DNA of 64,000 nucleotides from Cyanobacteria bacterium K_Offshore_surface_m2_239 (GCA_016882305.1 VGQX01000001.1:2548-66547), one strand, 5' to 3'; numbered from the stretch's first letter, positions 39,207 through 49,428 are shown. Notes: generated from the sequence alone by a model not told the origin. Made by a program: numbers and translations.

Positions 39207-39890
39207 TCAGCTCGATGAGGCTGGCGCTTGGCGCAGACAGTAGCCCTCACCGCGCACGGTGTGGATCAGGCGCGCGTGGCCCCCCTCCTCCAGCTTGCGG
39301 CGGAGGTAGCGCACGTAGACCTCGATGACATTGCTGGCGGCCCCGCGCTCTTCCGGCCAGATCTCGCGCAGGATCCGTTCGCGGCTGACCACCCCGGGCC
39401 TGTGGCGCAGCAGGAGCAACAGCAGCTGTTGTTCCCGGCTCGTGAGCGCCAGGACGCGACCCCCGCGCGTGACGGTCTGACCCTGGGGATCCACCCGCAG
39501 ATCGCCCACCACAATGGCGGCCTCCCCGGGCGGGGGGGGCGCGGGCTGAAGGTTGAGATGGAGGCGCAGCCGCGTGAGCAGATCGCTCGGACCGACGGAG
39601 GTGAGCCACAGATCATCCGCTCCGCCGCTCAGGGCCTGGCACCGGCCCTCCACATCGTCTCGGGGGGAACCGAGCAGGATGGGAACCGCTCCCCAGCTGC
39701 GACGCAGGTCAGGGATCCGGTCCGCGAAGGAGGGGGAGAGGATCACGGCGGCAGGGGGGGGCGAGGCGCCTTCCTCCGGCCCTTGGGGGAGCGGCGCCGA
39801 CGCCGTTCGATAGCCGGAGGCCTCCAGCCGGGGGGCCAGCTCCACCGCCGCCGCCCCGATCAGCCAGAGGAGGGGGGCGGTGTCAGCCAT
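39207..39890 (-). CDS. OmpR-family winged-helix regulator with degenerate (pseudo-)receiver domain
   Basis: 227 aa from the internal ATG (MADTAPLLW). The C-terminal Trans_reg_C domain is clear ([30 protein letters not shown]...[13 protein letters not shown]...[11 protein letters not shown]). The receiver-like N-half lacks the acidic pair (LIGAAA) and the phospho-acceptor Asp (VILSPSF). Confidence 0.8.
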   Translation of the reverse strand: MADTAPLLWLIGAAAVELAPRLEASGYRTASAPLPQGPEEGASPPPAAVILSPSFADRIPDLRRSWGAVPILLGSPRDDVEGRCQALSGGADDLWLTSVGPSDLLTRLRLHLNLQPAPPPPGEAAIVVGDLRVDPQGQTVTRGGRVLALTSREQQLLLLLLRHRPGVVSRERILREIWPEERGAASNVIEVYVRYLRRKLEEGGHARLIHTVRGEGYCLRQAPASSS

Positions 39891-40803
39891 GGCCGTTCCC
39901 CTGGCTCGGCTTGGCCACATGGGGCAGACCCCAGCCCAGTTTGTTGCGCAAGACCTGGAAGAATTCGTGATCCGTCAGCCGAACAAAGCCAACCGGATGT
40001 TCGCTGCGGCGAATGTGCACCCGGTCCTCCGGCCACACGTAGCAGCCCGCGCTGCCGTCCACCACCATCATCAGCCGTTCGGGTGTGGCGGGGAAAACGG
40101 TGACCGGCTCCCGATCGGAAAACACCAGCGCCCTTGAAGCGAGGGAATGGGCGGCGATGGGCGTCAACTGCAGAACGGGACAATCCGGCGTGATCACCGG
40201 GCCTCCCGCGCTCAGGGCATAGGCGGTGGATCCCGTCGGCGTGGAGAGGATGACGCCATCCGCAGCGATGTCCACTGGGGCGTGGCGTCCGATGGCCACT
40301 TCGAAATGGCACATGCTGGTGAGGGGTTCGCGGTGCAGCGCCATCTCGTTGAGGCAGAGCAGTTCCCAGCGGCGCTGCTCACCGCGCATCACCGTCACCA
40401 CGAGCATGGTGCGCGGCTCCACGCTCCAGCGTTGGGCCACCACCTGATCGAGAACGCGATCCAGGTCTTTGAGGTAGGCCTCCGCCAGAAAGCCCAGATG
40501 GCCTGTGTTGATGGTGAGGATCGGAACGCCGATCGGGGCCGTTTGGCGGGCGGCGGACAGCACGGTGCCATCTCCCCCCAACACCAGAGCCAGCTGCAGG
40601 CTGGTGTCGAAGCCCTTCGGCACGCAGGCGGCGTAGCCCACCCCCCGCAGATGCTGATCCGGGTTGGCGAAGCCCACCACTCCCCCGGAACTGCTCACCC
40701 GCACCACCTCCATTCCGGCTTCGGTGAGCCGGGCCTCGACGGTGTCGGCGGTGGCGATCGCCAACGGCTTGCCGTCATTCACGATCAGTCCAACGCGGGG
40801 CAC
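39883..40803 (-). CDS. nadK: NAD+ kinase
   Basis: 306 aa. [40 protein letters not shown]. The stop overlaps the downstream regulator start (ATGGCTGA). Confidence 0.92.
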   Translation of the reverse strand: MPRVGLIVNDGKPLAIATADTVEARLTEAGMEVVRVSSSGGVVGFANPDQHLRGVGYAACVPKGFDTSLQLALVLGGDGTVLSAARQTAPIGVPILTINTGHLGFLAEAYLKDLDRVLDQVVAQRWSVEPRTMLVVTVMRGEQRRWELLCLNEMALHREPLTSMCHFEVAIGRHAPVDIAADGVILSTPTGSTAYALSAGGPVITPDCPVLQLTPIAAHSLASRALVFSDREPVTVFPATPERLMMVVDGSAGCYVWPEDRVHIRRSEHPVGFVRLTDHEFFQVLRNKLGWGLPHVAKPSQGNGHG

Positions 40804-40845
40804 CGATCGCAGGCAGCAGGGCTCAATGAGTGTATGGGCGCACGT

Positions 40846-42033
40846 TCAGAACTGTTCCAGGAAACGCAGATCACTGGTGTAGAGGCGGCGGATGTCATCG
40901 ATGCCATGGCGCACCATGCAGAAGCGTTCCACGCCAAGGCCGGCGGCGAACCCACTCCAGCGTTTCGAATCGATGCCGAGCCCCTCCAGCACGGCCGGAT
41001 CCACCATGCCGCAGCCCATCACCTCCAGCCAGCGCCCGCGCCAGCGCACATCCACCTCGGCGGAGGGTTCGGTGAAGGGGAAATAGCTGGCGCGGAAGCG
41101 CACGGGCAGATCGCCGAAGAAGGCCCGCAGGAAGGTGGTCACCGTGCCGCGCAGATGGCTGAAATCCAGGCCCTCGTCCAGGGCCAGCACCTCCACCTGG
41201 TGAAACACCGGGGAGTGGGTGGCATCCATGGAATCCCTCCGAAACACTCGGCCGGGAGCCACCACGCGCACCGGAGGGGGGTTGGCCTCCAAATGGCGGA
41301 TCTGCACCGGTGAGGTGTGGGTGCGCAGCAGGCGCTGATTCCCCCCCTCTCCGGAGCGGAGATAGAAGGTGTCCTGCATGTCCCGCGCCGGGTGGTGGGG
41401 AGGGATGTTGAGGGCCGTGAAGTTGTAGTGATCGGTTTCGATTTCTGGACCCTCGGACACCCGATAGCCCAGGCCCGCGAACAGGTCAACGATCTCCTCG
41501 CAGGTGGCCACGAGCGGATGGCGATGGCCAGGGGGCACCAGGGCACCTGGCATGGTGACGTCGAGGCGCTCCCGGTCGAGCCGTTCCCGCAGCTGGGCAG
41601 ACCGCAACTCCTCCAGGCGCGCGCTCAGCTGCCGCTGCACCAGCTCCTTGAGCCGATTGGCCCGCTCGCCCACCAGGGGCCGCTGATCCGCCGACAGCTT
41701 GCCCATGGCGCCCAGCACCGCCGACAGCCGACCTTTCTTGCCGAGCAGCTTGACGCGCCAATCCTCCAGCTCGGCGGGATCGCTGGCCTGGAGGATGGCG
41801 CCCTCCGCTTCCCACTCCAACCGCTCCAGCTGTTGGATCACATCCCCGGGGTCACTCCCCCGCGCGGCGAGCAGGGCGGCATGGAAAGCGCTGAAATCCA
41901 GACGTCGCTGTCCTTCGGCCGTGGCGCTGACATAACCGCAGCCCTCCACCAACTCAGCCTTGCTGGCCTCCCCCAGCTCCTCGAGCTTGCCCAGAAGCTC
42001 AGGCCCGGTCAAGGGGATGGGATGGCGACTCAC
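40846..42033 (-). CDS. pheS: phenylalanine--tRNA ligase alpha subunit, possibly with an N-terminal cyAbrB-N-like extension
   Basis: Class II aaRS core ([59 protein letters not shown]). GTG at 42033 gives 395 aa. In-frame GTG at 41841 gives a canonical ~331 aa. See findings. Confidence 0.9.
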   Translation of the reverse strand: MSRHPIPLTGPELLGKLEELGEASKAELVEGCGYVSATAEGQRRLDFSAFHAALLAARGSDPGDVIQQLERLEWEAEGAILQASDPAELEDWRVKLLGKKGRLSAVLGAMGKLSADQRPLVGERANRLKELVQRQLSARLEELRSAQLRERLDRERLDVTMPGALVPPGHRHPLVATCEEIVDLFAGLGYRVSEGPEIETDHYNFTALNIPPHHPARDMQDTFYLRSGEGGNQRLLRTHTSPVQIRHLEANPPPVRVVAPGRVFRRDSMDATHSPVFHQVEVLALDEGLDFSHLRGTVTTFLRAFFGDLPVRFRASYFPFTEPSAEVDVRWRGRWLEVMGCGMVDPAVLEGLGIDSKRWSGFAAGLGVERFCMVRHGIDDIRRLYTSDLRFLEQF

Positions 42034-42111
42034 GGCGTGCTGATGGCTGGGAGCGACTGTAGGGAGCTGACTACTGTGGGTTTCGGGGTCGTCCCTCCCC
42101 TGCCCACCCCC

Positions 42112-42957
42112 ATGACCACCCCCTCCACCGCAAGCCCGCTGCGCATTCTCATCAGCAACGATGACGGCGTCTTCGCCGATGGCATTCAGTGCCTGGCCGC
42201 CGAAGCCCGCTCCCGAGGGCACCGGGTCACCGTCGTCTGCCCGGATCAGGAACGTTCCGCCACGGGCCATGGCCTCACCTTGCAAACGCCCATCCGCGCG
42301 GAGCGCGCCGATGAACTCTTCGCCGAGGGGGTGACGGCCTGGGCCTGCAGCGGCACGCCGGCGGATTGCGTCAAGCTGGCCTTGTTCCGCCTGCTGGAGG
42401 AGCCGCCGGATCTGGTGCTCTCCGGCATCAACCACGGCCCCAATCTCGGCACCGACGTGCTTTATTCCGGCACAGTCGCCGCCGCGATGGAGGGCACGAT
42501 TGAAGGGTTGCCCGCCATGGCCGTGAGCGCGGCGGATTTCGGCTGGCGCGAGTTTGGTCCGGCCGCCAGGCTGGCCATGGAGGTGGCGGAAGGCATGCTG
42601 GCCAACGGATGGCCGGATGGGTTGCTCCTCAATCTCAATGTCCCTCCCGTGCCTGCGGAGTCGATGGGCCCCCTGCGCTGGTGCCGCACGGCGGTGCGCC
42701 GCTACATCGATCAATTCGACTGTCGCGTCGATCCCCGCGGTCGGGTCTACTACTGGTTGGCGGGAGAGGTGAGCAACGATCTGGAGGCCAGGGTGGCGGG
42801 TCCCGGCGGCTGGCCCACGGATGCCGCCTGGATCCAGGCCAATGGTCCCAGCCTGTCCCCCTTGCAACCGGAGCTGTTCTGGCGTGGCCAGGAGACCGCC
42901 CTCCCCCGGCTGGCTGGCATGCCCCCTGCGGACGGTTTGGACGACGGCGCCGCTTAG
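42112..42957 (+). CDS. surE: 5'/3'-nucleotidase SurE
   Basis: 281 aa from the internal ATG of ORF 41317..42957. [35 protein letters not shown]. Confidence 0.93.
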   Translation: MTTPSTASPLRILISNDDGVFADGIQCLAAEARSRGHRVTVVCPDQERSATGHGLTLQTPIRAERADELFAEGVTAWACSGTPADCVKLALFRLLEEPPDLVLSGINHGPNLGTDVLYSGTVAAAMEGTIEGLPAMAVSAADFGWREFGPAARLAMEVAEGMLANGWPDGLLLNLNVPPVPAESMGPLRWCRTAVRRYIDQFDCRVDPRGRVYYWLAGEVSNDLEARVAGPGGWPTDAAWIQANGPSLSPLQPELFWRGQETALPRLAGMPPADGLDDGAA

Positions 42958-42967
42958 CGGGGCGGCA

Positions 42968-43540
42968 TCAGGCGCGCCGGTGGATGCGCTGCAACAGCCA
43001 GAGGGTGAACACCAGACCGATCAGATGGGCGAAGAGCACCTGGGTGTTGCTCAAGACGCCGAGCATTTCTATGGAGGTGATCGGGAAGCCCACCACCCGG
43101 TTCAGGCCTCCGCTGATCGGGGCTCCGAAGAAACCCGGCGCCTGCAGAGAGGCCTGCACGAAGAGGCTGCCGGCCAAGGCTTGATAGCCCACAGAGGCCA
43201 GGATCAGGCCCAGGAGATCTCCGACCAGGCCCCGTTTGAGCAGCCGGGCGGTCTCCCCTCTGCCGGGACGCACCGGCTGGGCCAGGGCCCGCCCGCAGCG
43301 CACGATCAACCACCCCTGCCAGAGACTCCACAACAACACCAGAAACGAGAGGGTGGTCAGGGAGAGTCCCGGCCCCAGGCCGAGGGCCCGCTGGGAATTC
43401 GCCGCGAGTTGGTTGCCCACCTTGCTGAAGAACAGCACCCCCACCACGACCACGCCCAAGGTGAGCTGGCTCCAGAACCTCATCCAGCCGATGCGGCGAA
43501 GGGCCGAGGACATCCGGCTCATGTCAATGGGGTCAGCCAT
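42968..43540 (-). CDS. DUF3611-family membrane protein
   Basis: 190 aa from the internal ATG ([19 protein letters not shown]). Four TM helices. Pattern typical of the conserved cyanobacterial/plastid DUF3611 family. Confidence 0.6.
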   Translation of the reverse strand: MADPIDMSRMSSALRRIGWMRFWSQLTLGVVVVGVLFFSKVGNQLAANSQRALGLGPGLSLTTLSFLVLLWSLWQGWLIVRCGRALAQPVRPGRGETARLLKRGLVGDLLGLILASVGYQALAGSLFVQASLQAPGFFGAPISGGLNRVVGFPITSIEMLGVLSNTQVLFAHLIGLVFTLWLLQRIHRRA

Positions 43541-43663
43541 GGTGTTGCGCGGGCGTCCTCCAACTTGCCATGGGAGGATCGAGGCAGCGAGAGCAAGGTC
43601 CATCTCGAAGCCCGCCCCCCCGGGGTGCCTCCCCGGCCTGCGTCCTCGTCCGCGTTCTCGCCT

Positions 43664-44668
43664 GTGACCAGCCTGTCTCCCCCGGCGGCGGCGCGCGTGC
43701 CCACCGCTCTGGCCCTGGGCACCTTCGATGGCCTGCACGCCGGCCATCGCCGTGTGATCCAGGAAGCGATCGGTTTGGCGCGGGAGGACGCCCGTCTGGA
43801 ACCGCCTTCCGTGCCGACGGTGGTCAGCTTTTGGCCGCATCCGCGGGAGGTGTTGTATGGAGACACCCGTCTGCGGTTGGACCTGCCCGAGGAGAAGCTC
43901 GCCCTCCTCGAACCGCTCGGTGTCGCGCAACTCGTGATGCTCCCCTTCACGCGGGAGTTGGCCGCCCTCAGCCCCGAGCGCTTCGTGGTGGAGGTGTTGC
44001 TGGGCCAGCTGGAGGCCCGTGCCGTGGCGGTGGGCGAAAACTTTCGTTTCGGAGCCCGACGGGCGGGCGATGCGGCGGACCTCGTCCGCCTGGGCCGCCG
44101 ACACGGGATGCGCGTGACCGTGGTGCCCACCCTTCACGACGGGGGAGGTCGGGTCAGCAGCAGCCGCATCCGTCAGGCCCTGGCGGAGGGAAAGATTGCG
44201 GCGGCGGAGGCTTTGCTCGGACGCCCCTATCGGTTCACCGGCACGGTCGTCAAGGGGCGGGGACTGGCTCGCCAACTGGGCTGGCCCACAGCCAATCTGG
44301 AGGTGCGCGCTGGAAAGTTTCTGCCCATGGAAGGGGTGTATGCGTCGTTGGTCTGGATCGGGGCGCCAGCGGGCGATGATCGTGTCACGCACCGGGGGCC
44401 GCTGGCCGGTGGGCTTGGAGAGGGGCCGCTTCCCGCAGTGATGAACCTGGGTCGCCAACCCACGGTCGATCCGGAGGCCGCGTCCGTGCCGGAGGTGCAT
44501 CTTCTGGATCAGGAGCTGGATCTTCAGGGCCGTGATCTGCTGGTGCAACCCCTGCGCTGGCTGCGAGGTCAGCGTCGCTTTGCCGATCTCACCGCGCTGT
44601 CCAGCCAGATCGGAATGGACGTGGAAGTGGCCCGGCAGCACTGTTTGTCATTGGTGGAGGCCAGATGA
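43664..44668 (+). CDS. ribF: bifunctional riboflavin kinase / FMN adenylyltransferase
   Basis: 334 aa from GTG 43664 (start uncertain) within ORF 42821..44668. ALGTFDGLHAGH, VGENFRFG, SSSRIRQAL, GWPTANL. Confidence 0.88.
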   Translation: MTSLSPPAAARVPTALALGTFDGLHAGHRRVIQEAIGLAREDARLEPPSVPTVVSFWPHPREVLYGDTRLRLDLPEEKLALLEPLGVAQLVMLPFTRELAALSPERFVVEVLLGQLEARAVAVGENFRFGARRAGDAADLVRLGRRHGMRVTVVPTLHDGGGRVSSSRIRQALAEGKIAAAEALLGRPYRFTGTVVKGRGLARQLGWPTANLEVRAGKFLPMEGVYASLVWIGAPAGDDRVTHRGPLAGGLGEGPLPAVMNLGRQPTVDPEAASVPEVHLLDQELDLQGRDLLVQPLRWLRGQRRFADLTALSSQIGMDVEVARQHCLSLVEAR

Positions 44669-45747
44669 GCGGCTCTGTTCTGTCCGATGGCGGGGCCCTG
44701 GAAGGCCAGCGGCCCGCCATCGAACGACTCCTTGATGCCAATCTGGATCGCGCTCGCGAGGGCCTCCGCGTCCTGGAGGACTGGTGCCGCTTCGTGTTGC
44801 GACGGCCCGATCTCGTCAGCCGGTTGAAGGATCTGCGGCAGCGGCTGGGGCGCAGCCATCGCCTTGCCTACAAGCTGGCGCGCCACGCCGCCACGGATGT
44901 CGCCGCGGGATTCACCCACCCGGCCCAGCAAGAGCGCCACGATCCCCTCGCGGTGGTGGCGGCCAACGCGGCCCGCGTTCAGGAGGCTCTGCGCGTGTTG
45001 GAGGAATTCGGCCGGAGCCTGGATCCGCCATTGGCCCAAGAAGCCTCTCGTATCCGCTACGCCCTCTACGACCTGGAGGTGGAGTGCCTGCGCGGAAGCT
45101 CCCCGGAGGGTTCGTCGCGGAGGGAACGGCTCGTCCAGTGTTCCCTCTACCTGATCACCTCACCGGTGCCCAACCTGGAAGGAGTGGTGGAGGCGGCCCT
45201 GACGGCCGGGGTTCGGCTTGTGCAGTACCGCCCCAAACAGGACCCCGCGACCGATCTGGAACGGTTGCGGCAGGCCCGGGAGCTGCGGCGGGCGTGCCAG
45301 CGCCACGGGGCGCTGTTTCTGGTCAACGACCGCCTGGATTTGGCGTTGGCGGCTGACGCCGATGGCGTTCACCTCGGCCAGTCCGATCTCCCGGTGGCGG
45401 AGGCCCGTCGACTGCTCGGACCGGAGCGGCTCATCGGCCGCAGCACCCACGCGCCCGAGCAACTCCGCCAGGCCGTGCGGGAGGGATGCGACTACGTCGG
45501 AGTCGGTCCGGTGCACACCACCCCCTCCAAGCCCGGACGCCCGGCGGTGGGTCTGGCCTATGTGGCGGCCGCCGCGGCCGACTGCCCCATTCCCTGGTTC
45601 GCCATCGGCGGCATCGAAGCCTCGAATCTGGCCTCCGTTCGCCAGGCGGGGGCACAGCGCGTGGCTGTGATCCGCGCCATCACGGAGGCGGCGGATCCCG
45701 GTGCCGCGACCCAGCGGCTGTTGCAGGAGCTGGAGGCGGTCCGATGA
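44665..45747 (+). CDS. thiE: thiamine-phosphate synthase (long cyanobacterial form)
   Basis: 360 aa. About 130 aa of N-terminal domain, then the ThiE barrel (LYLITSP, VQYRPK, ADGVHLGQSD, DYVGVGPVHTTPSK, WFAIGGI). ATGA overlaps with both ribF and thiS. Confidence 0.88.
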   Translation: MSGSVLSDGGALEGQRPAIERLLDANLDRAREGLRVLEDWCRFVLRRPDLVSRLKDLRQRLGRSHRLAYKLARHAATDVAAGFTHPAQQERHDPLAVVAANAARVQEALRVLEEFGRSLDPPLAQEASRIRYALYDLEVECLRGSSPEGSSRRERLVQCSLYLITSPVPNLEGVVEAALTAGVRLVQYRPKQDPATDLERLRQARELRRACQRHGALFLVNDRLDLALAADADGVHLGQSDLPVAEARRLLGPERLIGRSTHAPEQLRQAVREGCDYVGVGPVHTTPSKPGRPAVGLAYVAAAAADCPIPWFAIGGIEASNLASVRQAGAQRVAVIRAITEAADPGAATQRLLQELEAVR

Positions 45748-45950
45748 TCCACATCCAGGTGAACGGGACCCGACGCCCTTGCCCTGAGGGTCGCGACCTT
45801 CCGGAAGTGTTGCGTGCTCTGGGGTATCAACCGGCCATCGTCGTCGTGGAACTCAATGGCGTCATCCTTCCCAGGTCCCAGTGGGCTGGGCGGACAGTGG
45901 TGGAATCCGATGTGCTGGAAGTGGTCACCATCGTCGGTGGAGGTGCGTAG
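45744..45950 (+). CDS. thiS: sulfur carrier protein ThiS
   Basis: 68 aa. MIHIQVNG...VELNGVILPRSQW...LEVVTIVGGGA, the ubiquitin-like ThiS pattern with a Gly-Gly-containing C-terminus. Confidence 0.8.
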   Translation: MIHIQVNGTRRPCPEGRDLPEVLRALGYQPAIVVVELNGVILPRSQWAGRTVVESDVLEVVTIVGGGA

Positions 45951-45959
45951 ATTTCGCGA

Positions 45960-46967
45960 ATGGCTCGTTTGTTTTCCCCCATGGGATGCCGTCTGTTCAA
46001 GCGTCTTGCGGGCTTGCTGGTGGTCCCCATCCTCCTGAGCAACATCGTCCTGCTGGCGCCCCATCCCGCGGATGCGGCCAGTGGCGGAAGAATCGGCGGT
46101 GGAAGCTTCCGGTCCTCCCCCTCACCGCGCAGTTACGGAGGGGGGAGCAGCCGCTATCGCGGTTCCGGCGGCGGTTCTGGCTACGTCCCCGTGCCGTATG
46201 GCGGCGGCTTTGGCGGTGGCTTGTATGGAGGCGGTGGCTTCGGATTCCCGTTCATCGTGCCGATCTTCGGCTTCGGGGGTGGTCTGTTCGGGTTCCTGCT
46301 GCTGATGGCGGTGGTTGGCCTGTTCGTCAATGCCCTCAGGGGTGGCGGCGGATCCTCCCTTCCAGGGGGCTACAGCGGCGAGGGGGCCTCCGCTCTTGCC
46401 CGCGGGCCGGTCTCTCTGGTTCAGGTGCAAGTCGGGTTGCTGCCGGCGGCAAAGGATCTGCAAGCCGATCTTCGCCGCCTGGCCACCACGGCCGACACCG
46501 GCACGACTTCAGGTCTGCGTCAGGTGCTCCAGGAAACGACGCTGTCCCTGCTTCGCAATCCTGAGCTTTGGGTCTATGCCAACACCGAGGCCGCCCAGGT
46601 GCCCGCCACCTCCGCCGAAGACACATTCAACCGACTCTCCATGCAGGAGAGAAGCAAGCTGCGCAAGGAGATGCTCAGCAACGTGTCAGGGCGTCGCGAT
46701 CAGGTGTTGCCCGCAGCGGAGCGACAGGACACCGGGGGGGTGGGTAGCGACTACATCGCGATCACCCTGCTCGTGGCCTCCCGCAACCGGATGCTTCTGA
46801 AAGACACCAATACGGCCGAGGCTCTGCGGGAGGCGCTCCAACAGCTTGGCGCCATCAGCGAAGACGATCTCATCGCCCTGGAGGTGATCTGGCAACCCGA
46901 AGGAATCGGTGAAGTGCTCAGCACCGAGGAGCTGCTTACGGCCTATCCCCAGCTCCAGCACCTTTGA
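45960..46967 (+). CDS. DUF1517 domain membrane protein
   Basis: 335 aa. Signal/TM segment, a Gly-rich segment (GGRIGGGSFRSS...GGGFGGGLYGGGGFGFPF), a TM helix, then the conserved DUF1517 C-domain (VSLVQVQVGLL...). Confidence 0.75.
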   Translation: MARLFSPMGCRLFKRLAGLLVVPILLSNIVLLAPHPADAASGGRIGGGSFRSSPSPRSYGGGSSRYRGSGGGSGYVPVPYGGGFGGGLYGGGGFGFPFIVPIFGFGGGLFGFLLLMAVVGLFVNALRGGGGSSLPGGYSGEGASALARGPVSLVQVQVGLLPAAKDLQADLRRLATTADTGTTSGLRQVLQETTLSLLRNPELWVYANTEAAQVPATSAEDTFNRLSMQERSKLRKEMLSNVSGRRDQVLPAAERQDTGGVGSDYIAITLLVASRNRMLLKDTNTAEALREALQQLGAISEDDLIALEVIWQPEGIGEVLSTEELLTAYPQLQHL

Positions 46968-47673
46968 CGTCGATTTCTCTGGTCGGCTCCCGGAAACCAA
47001 CCCGTGCGTTGAGGATGCGCAGAGCCGCCATGGCGGCGCCATAACCGTTGTCGATGTTCACCACGGTCAACCCCGGCGCACAGCTGGCGAGCATCCCTTG
47101 CAGTGCGGCGTTCCCCCCCGCGCTGACCCCATAACCCACGGACATCGGCACGGCGATCACAGGCTGGGGCAGCAGACCAGCCACAACGGTGGGCAAGGCG
47201 CCCTCCATCCCCGCGCACACGATCAGCACGTTGGCCTCCCTCAGAAGCTCCAGCCGGTCCAGGAGACGATGGAGTCCCGCCACTCCCACATCTTCCACAA
47301 GGGAGGTGTGAACGCCATGGCAGCGCAGGGCAATGGCGGCTTCACGAGCCACCACATGGTCGCTCGTGCCTCCCGTCACCACCATGACCCGCCCCATGCC
47401 TTGCTGGATGGGAGGGAGAGCGGGAGCCGTCAAGCAACGCGCTTCGGGGTGATGGGTCAGCGGCGGTCCTCCAGGGGTCTGCGCTTGCAGCAACCGTGCC
47501 ACTGCGGCTGCTTTTCCAGGGGAAACCCGCGTGACGAGGGCGGTTTCCCCGGCGGCCACGAGATCGCAAAGAATCGCGGCGATCTGGTGCGCCTGTTTGT
47601 CCTGGCCCCAGACAGCTTCCACCATGCCGATCCGCGGACGGCGATCGAGATCCAGATGAGCGGGTGTGCTCAT
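46936..47673 (-). CDS. larB: LarB-type AIR carboxylase-related protein (nickel-pincer cofactor pathway homologue)
   Basis: 245 aa from the internal ATG. N-terminal DLDRRPRIGMVEAVWGQDKQAHQI. PurE-like domain (VMVVTGGTSDHVVAREAA, VCAGMEGALPTVVAGL, VIAVPMSVGYG). Confidence 0.8.
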   Translation of the reverse strand: MSTPAHLDLDRRPRIGMVEAVWGQDKQAHQIAAILCDLVAAGETALVTRVSPGKAAAVARLLQAQTPGGPPLTHHPEARCLTAPALPPIQQGMGRVMVVTGGTSDHVVAREAAIALRCHGVHTSLVEDVGVAGLHRLLDRLELLREANVLIVCAGMEGALPTVVAGLLPQPVIAVPMSVGYGVSAGGNAALQGMLASCAPGLTVVNIDNGYGAAMAALRILNARVGFREPTREIDVKGAGAGDRP

Positions 47674-48101
47674 GTCAAACGAACCTCCCCCGCGAAGAGG
47701 AGGGGAAACGGATTGTCGCTGTCGGCGGGGAGGGCCAGCCAATGCTTGGCAGCTGTTTCGAAACGCGCCTGAATGGTGGCCACCTCATCGTCAGGGATGG
47801 CCTTCCAATCCTCGTGGCTGGCCCAGTGGATCAACAACACGCCTTCCTCCAAAGAGCGATCCCACAGCACCTCGCGCTCCACAAACCCCTGTTTCTGACG
47901 GAGCCAGGGATCCCAGGTTTCCAGCTCGGCCCGCAGCCAAGCTTCACGGCCCCCTGCCGGCACGCGCAGCCGCAGATGCTCCACCACAACGACAACGCAC
48001 TCGCCGTCCGCGCCGTTCCTGACCCTCGCCGGATCGTCTCCCAACAAGACCTCCAGCGCCTCATGGCGAATGTCAGCCAGCCCTTGGAGTTGCCCGTCCA
48101 C
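47670..48101 (-). CDS. TIGR03792-type small protein (ABM/Dabb-like fold), uncharacterised
   Basis: 143-aa ORF. The core VVVVEHLRLRVPAGGREAWL...GFVEREVLWDR...VLLIHWASHEDWKAIP matches my recollection of this cyanobacterial family. ATGA overlap with the larB start. Confidence 0.55.
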   Translation of the reverse strand: MDGQLQGLADIRHEALEVLLGDDPARVRNGADGECVVVVVEHLRLRVPAGGREAWLRAELETWDPWLRQKQGFVEREVLWDRSLEEGVLLIHWASHEDWKAIPDDEVATIQARFETAAKHWLALPADSDNPFPLLFAGEVRLT

Positions 48102-48195
48102 ACGTGTCCTTCCGACCTCGGATTGACTTGAAACCTTAAGAGCTCAGCCCACGAACGGAGGCGTCCTCAACGGGCGGCGGAGCAAACCGAGCGGC

Positions 48196-48681
48196 TCAAG
48201 GTTGGTGCAGCAACGCCACCGCATAGGCGGCAATGCCCTCTTCGCGGCCGGTGGGCCCCAGCCCCTCGTTGGTGGTGGCCTTGACGCCCACCCGATCGGG
48301 AGGAATCCCCAGTCGTTGGGCCAGATTCTCGCGCATCTGTTCGATGTGGGGACGCAACTTCGGTCGTTCCGCCACCACAACAAGATCGACATTGATCAGC
48401 CCCCAGCCCCGCTGCCGCACCAGGACCATCACCTGTTCGAGAAGGCGGAGGCTGTCAGCATCCTTCCAGCGAGGATCTCCCGGCGGAAAGTGTTTGCCGA
48501 TGTCCCCCAAACTCAAGGCCCCCAGCAGCGCGTCCATCAAGGCGTGCGTCAACACATCGGCATCGCTGTGTCCATCAAGCCCCAGGCCCGCTGGATGCGT
48601 CAAGCTGACTCCAGCCAGGATCAAGGGCCTGCCAGCCACCAGGCGGTGGATGTCATAGCCCTGGCCGATGCGCAAATCCAT
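48196..48681 (-). CDS. ispF: 2-C-methyl-D-erythritol 2,4-cyclodiphosphate synthase
   Basis: 161 aa from the internal ATG ([14 protein letters not shown]). [29 protein letters not shown]. Confidence 0.93.
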   Translation of the reverse strand: MDLRIGQGYDIHRLVAGRPLILAGVSLTHPAGLGLDGHSDADVLTHALMDALLGALSLGDIGKHFPPGDPRWKDADSLRLLEQVMVLVRQRGWGLINVDLVVVAERPKLRPHIEQMRENLAQRLGIPPDRVGVKATTNEGLGPTGREEGIAAYAVALLHQP

Positions 48682-48700
48682 GGGAGCCTCAAAGGGAGGT

Positions 48701-49408
48701 TCAAGTCTGCTCCCGGGAGATGTTCTGGGATTGCCAGAGGGCAAACAGATCGGGGCGACGCTCCCGGGTGCGACGCTGCCGCTCCCCCTCGCGCCAGCGC
48801 GCGATGGCTTGGTGGTCGCCACTCCTCAACACCTCAGGCACTTCCATGTCCCGAAACACCGAGGGTCGCGTGTATTGGGGGTGTTCCAGCAAGAAGCCCT
48901 GATGGCTTTCCGCCTCCAGAGAGGCTGGCGTGCCCACGGTTCCCGGCAGCAGGCGGACGACGCCATTGATCACTGTCATGGCCGGGAGTTCGCCGCCGGT
49001 GAGCACAAAGTCTCCCAGGGAGACCTCCTCATCAGCCAGCGGGCGGATCCGTTCGTCAAACCCTTCGTAATGACCGCAGAGCAGCACAAGCTGATCCACG
49101 CTTTTCGCCCAGCGTTCCAGGTCAACTTGATGCAACCGCTTTCCCTGAGGTGTCATCAAGAGTGTGCGACGGACTCCGCTGGTGGGAATCGATTCAAAGG
49201 CGGCATACACCGGCTCAGGCTTGAGCACCATGCCGGCTCCACCTCCATAGGGTTCATCATCAACCTTGCGATAACGGTCCGTAGCGAAATCGCGTGGATT
49301 ATGGAGATGAAGCTCCGCAATTCCTCGCGTCAGGGCACGACCAATGACACCGAGTTGAAACAGGCCACGAAAGACCTCCGGCACCAGACTGATCACATCG
49401 ATCCGCAT
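48701..49408 (-). CDS. trmD: tRNA (guanine37-N1)-methyltransferase
   Basis: 235 aa. [55 protein letters not shown]. Confidence 0.95.
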   Translation of the reverse strand: MRIDVISLVPEVFRGLFQLGVIGRALTRGIAELHLHNPRDFATDRYRKVDDEPYGGGAGMVLKPEPVYAAFESIPTSGVRRTLLMTPQGKRLHQVDLERWAKSVDQLVLLCGHYEGFDERIRPLADEEVSLGDFVLTGGELPAMTVINGVVRLLPGTVGTPASLEAESHQGFLLEHPQYTRPSVFRDMEVPEVLRSGDHQAIARWREGERQRRTRERRPDLFALWQSQNISREQT

Positions 49409-49428
49409 TGTTGGTCCGGCTTCTTCGA

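Noticed and set aside
42821-44668. 615-aa ORF suggesting a very large RibF.
   Set aside because: Only the last ~334 codons have FAD-synthetase or riboflavin-kinase content. The upstream part is antisense to the DUF3611 gene and is low-complexity.
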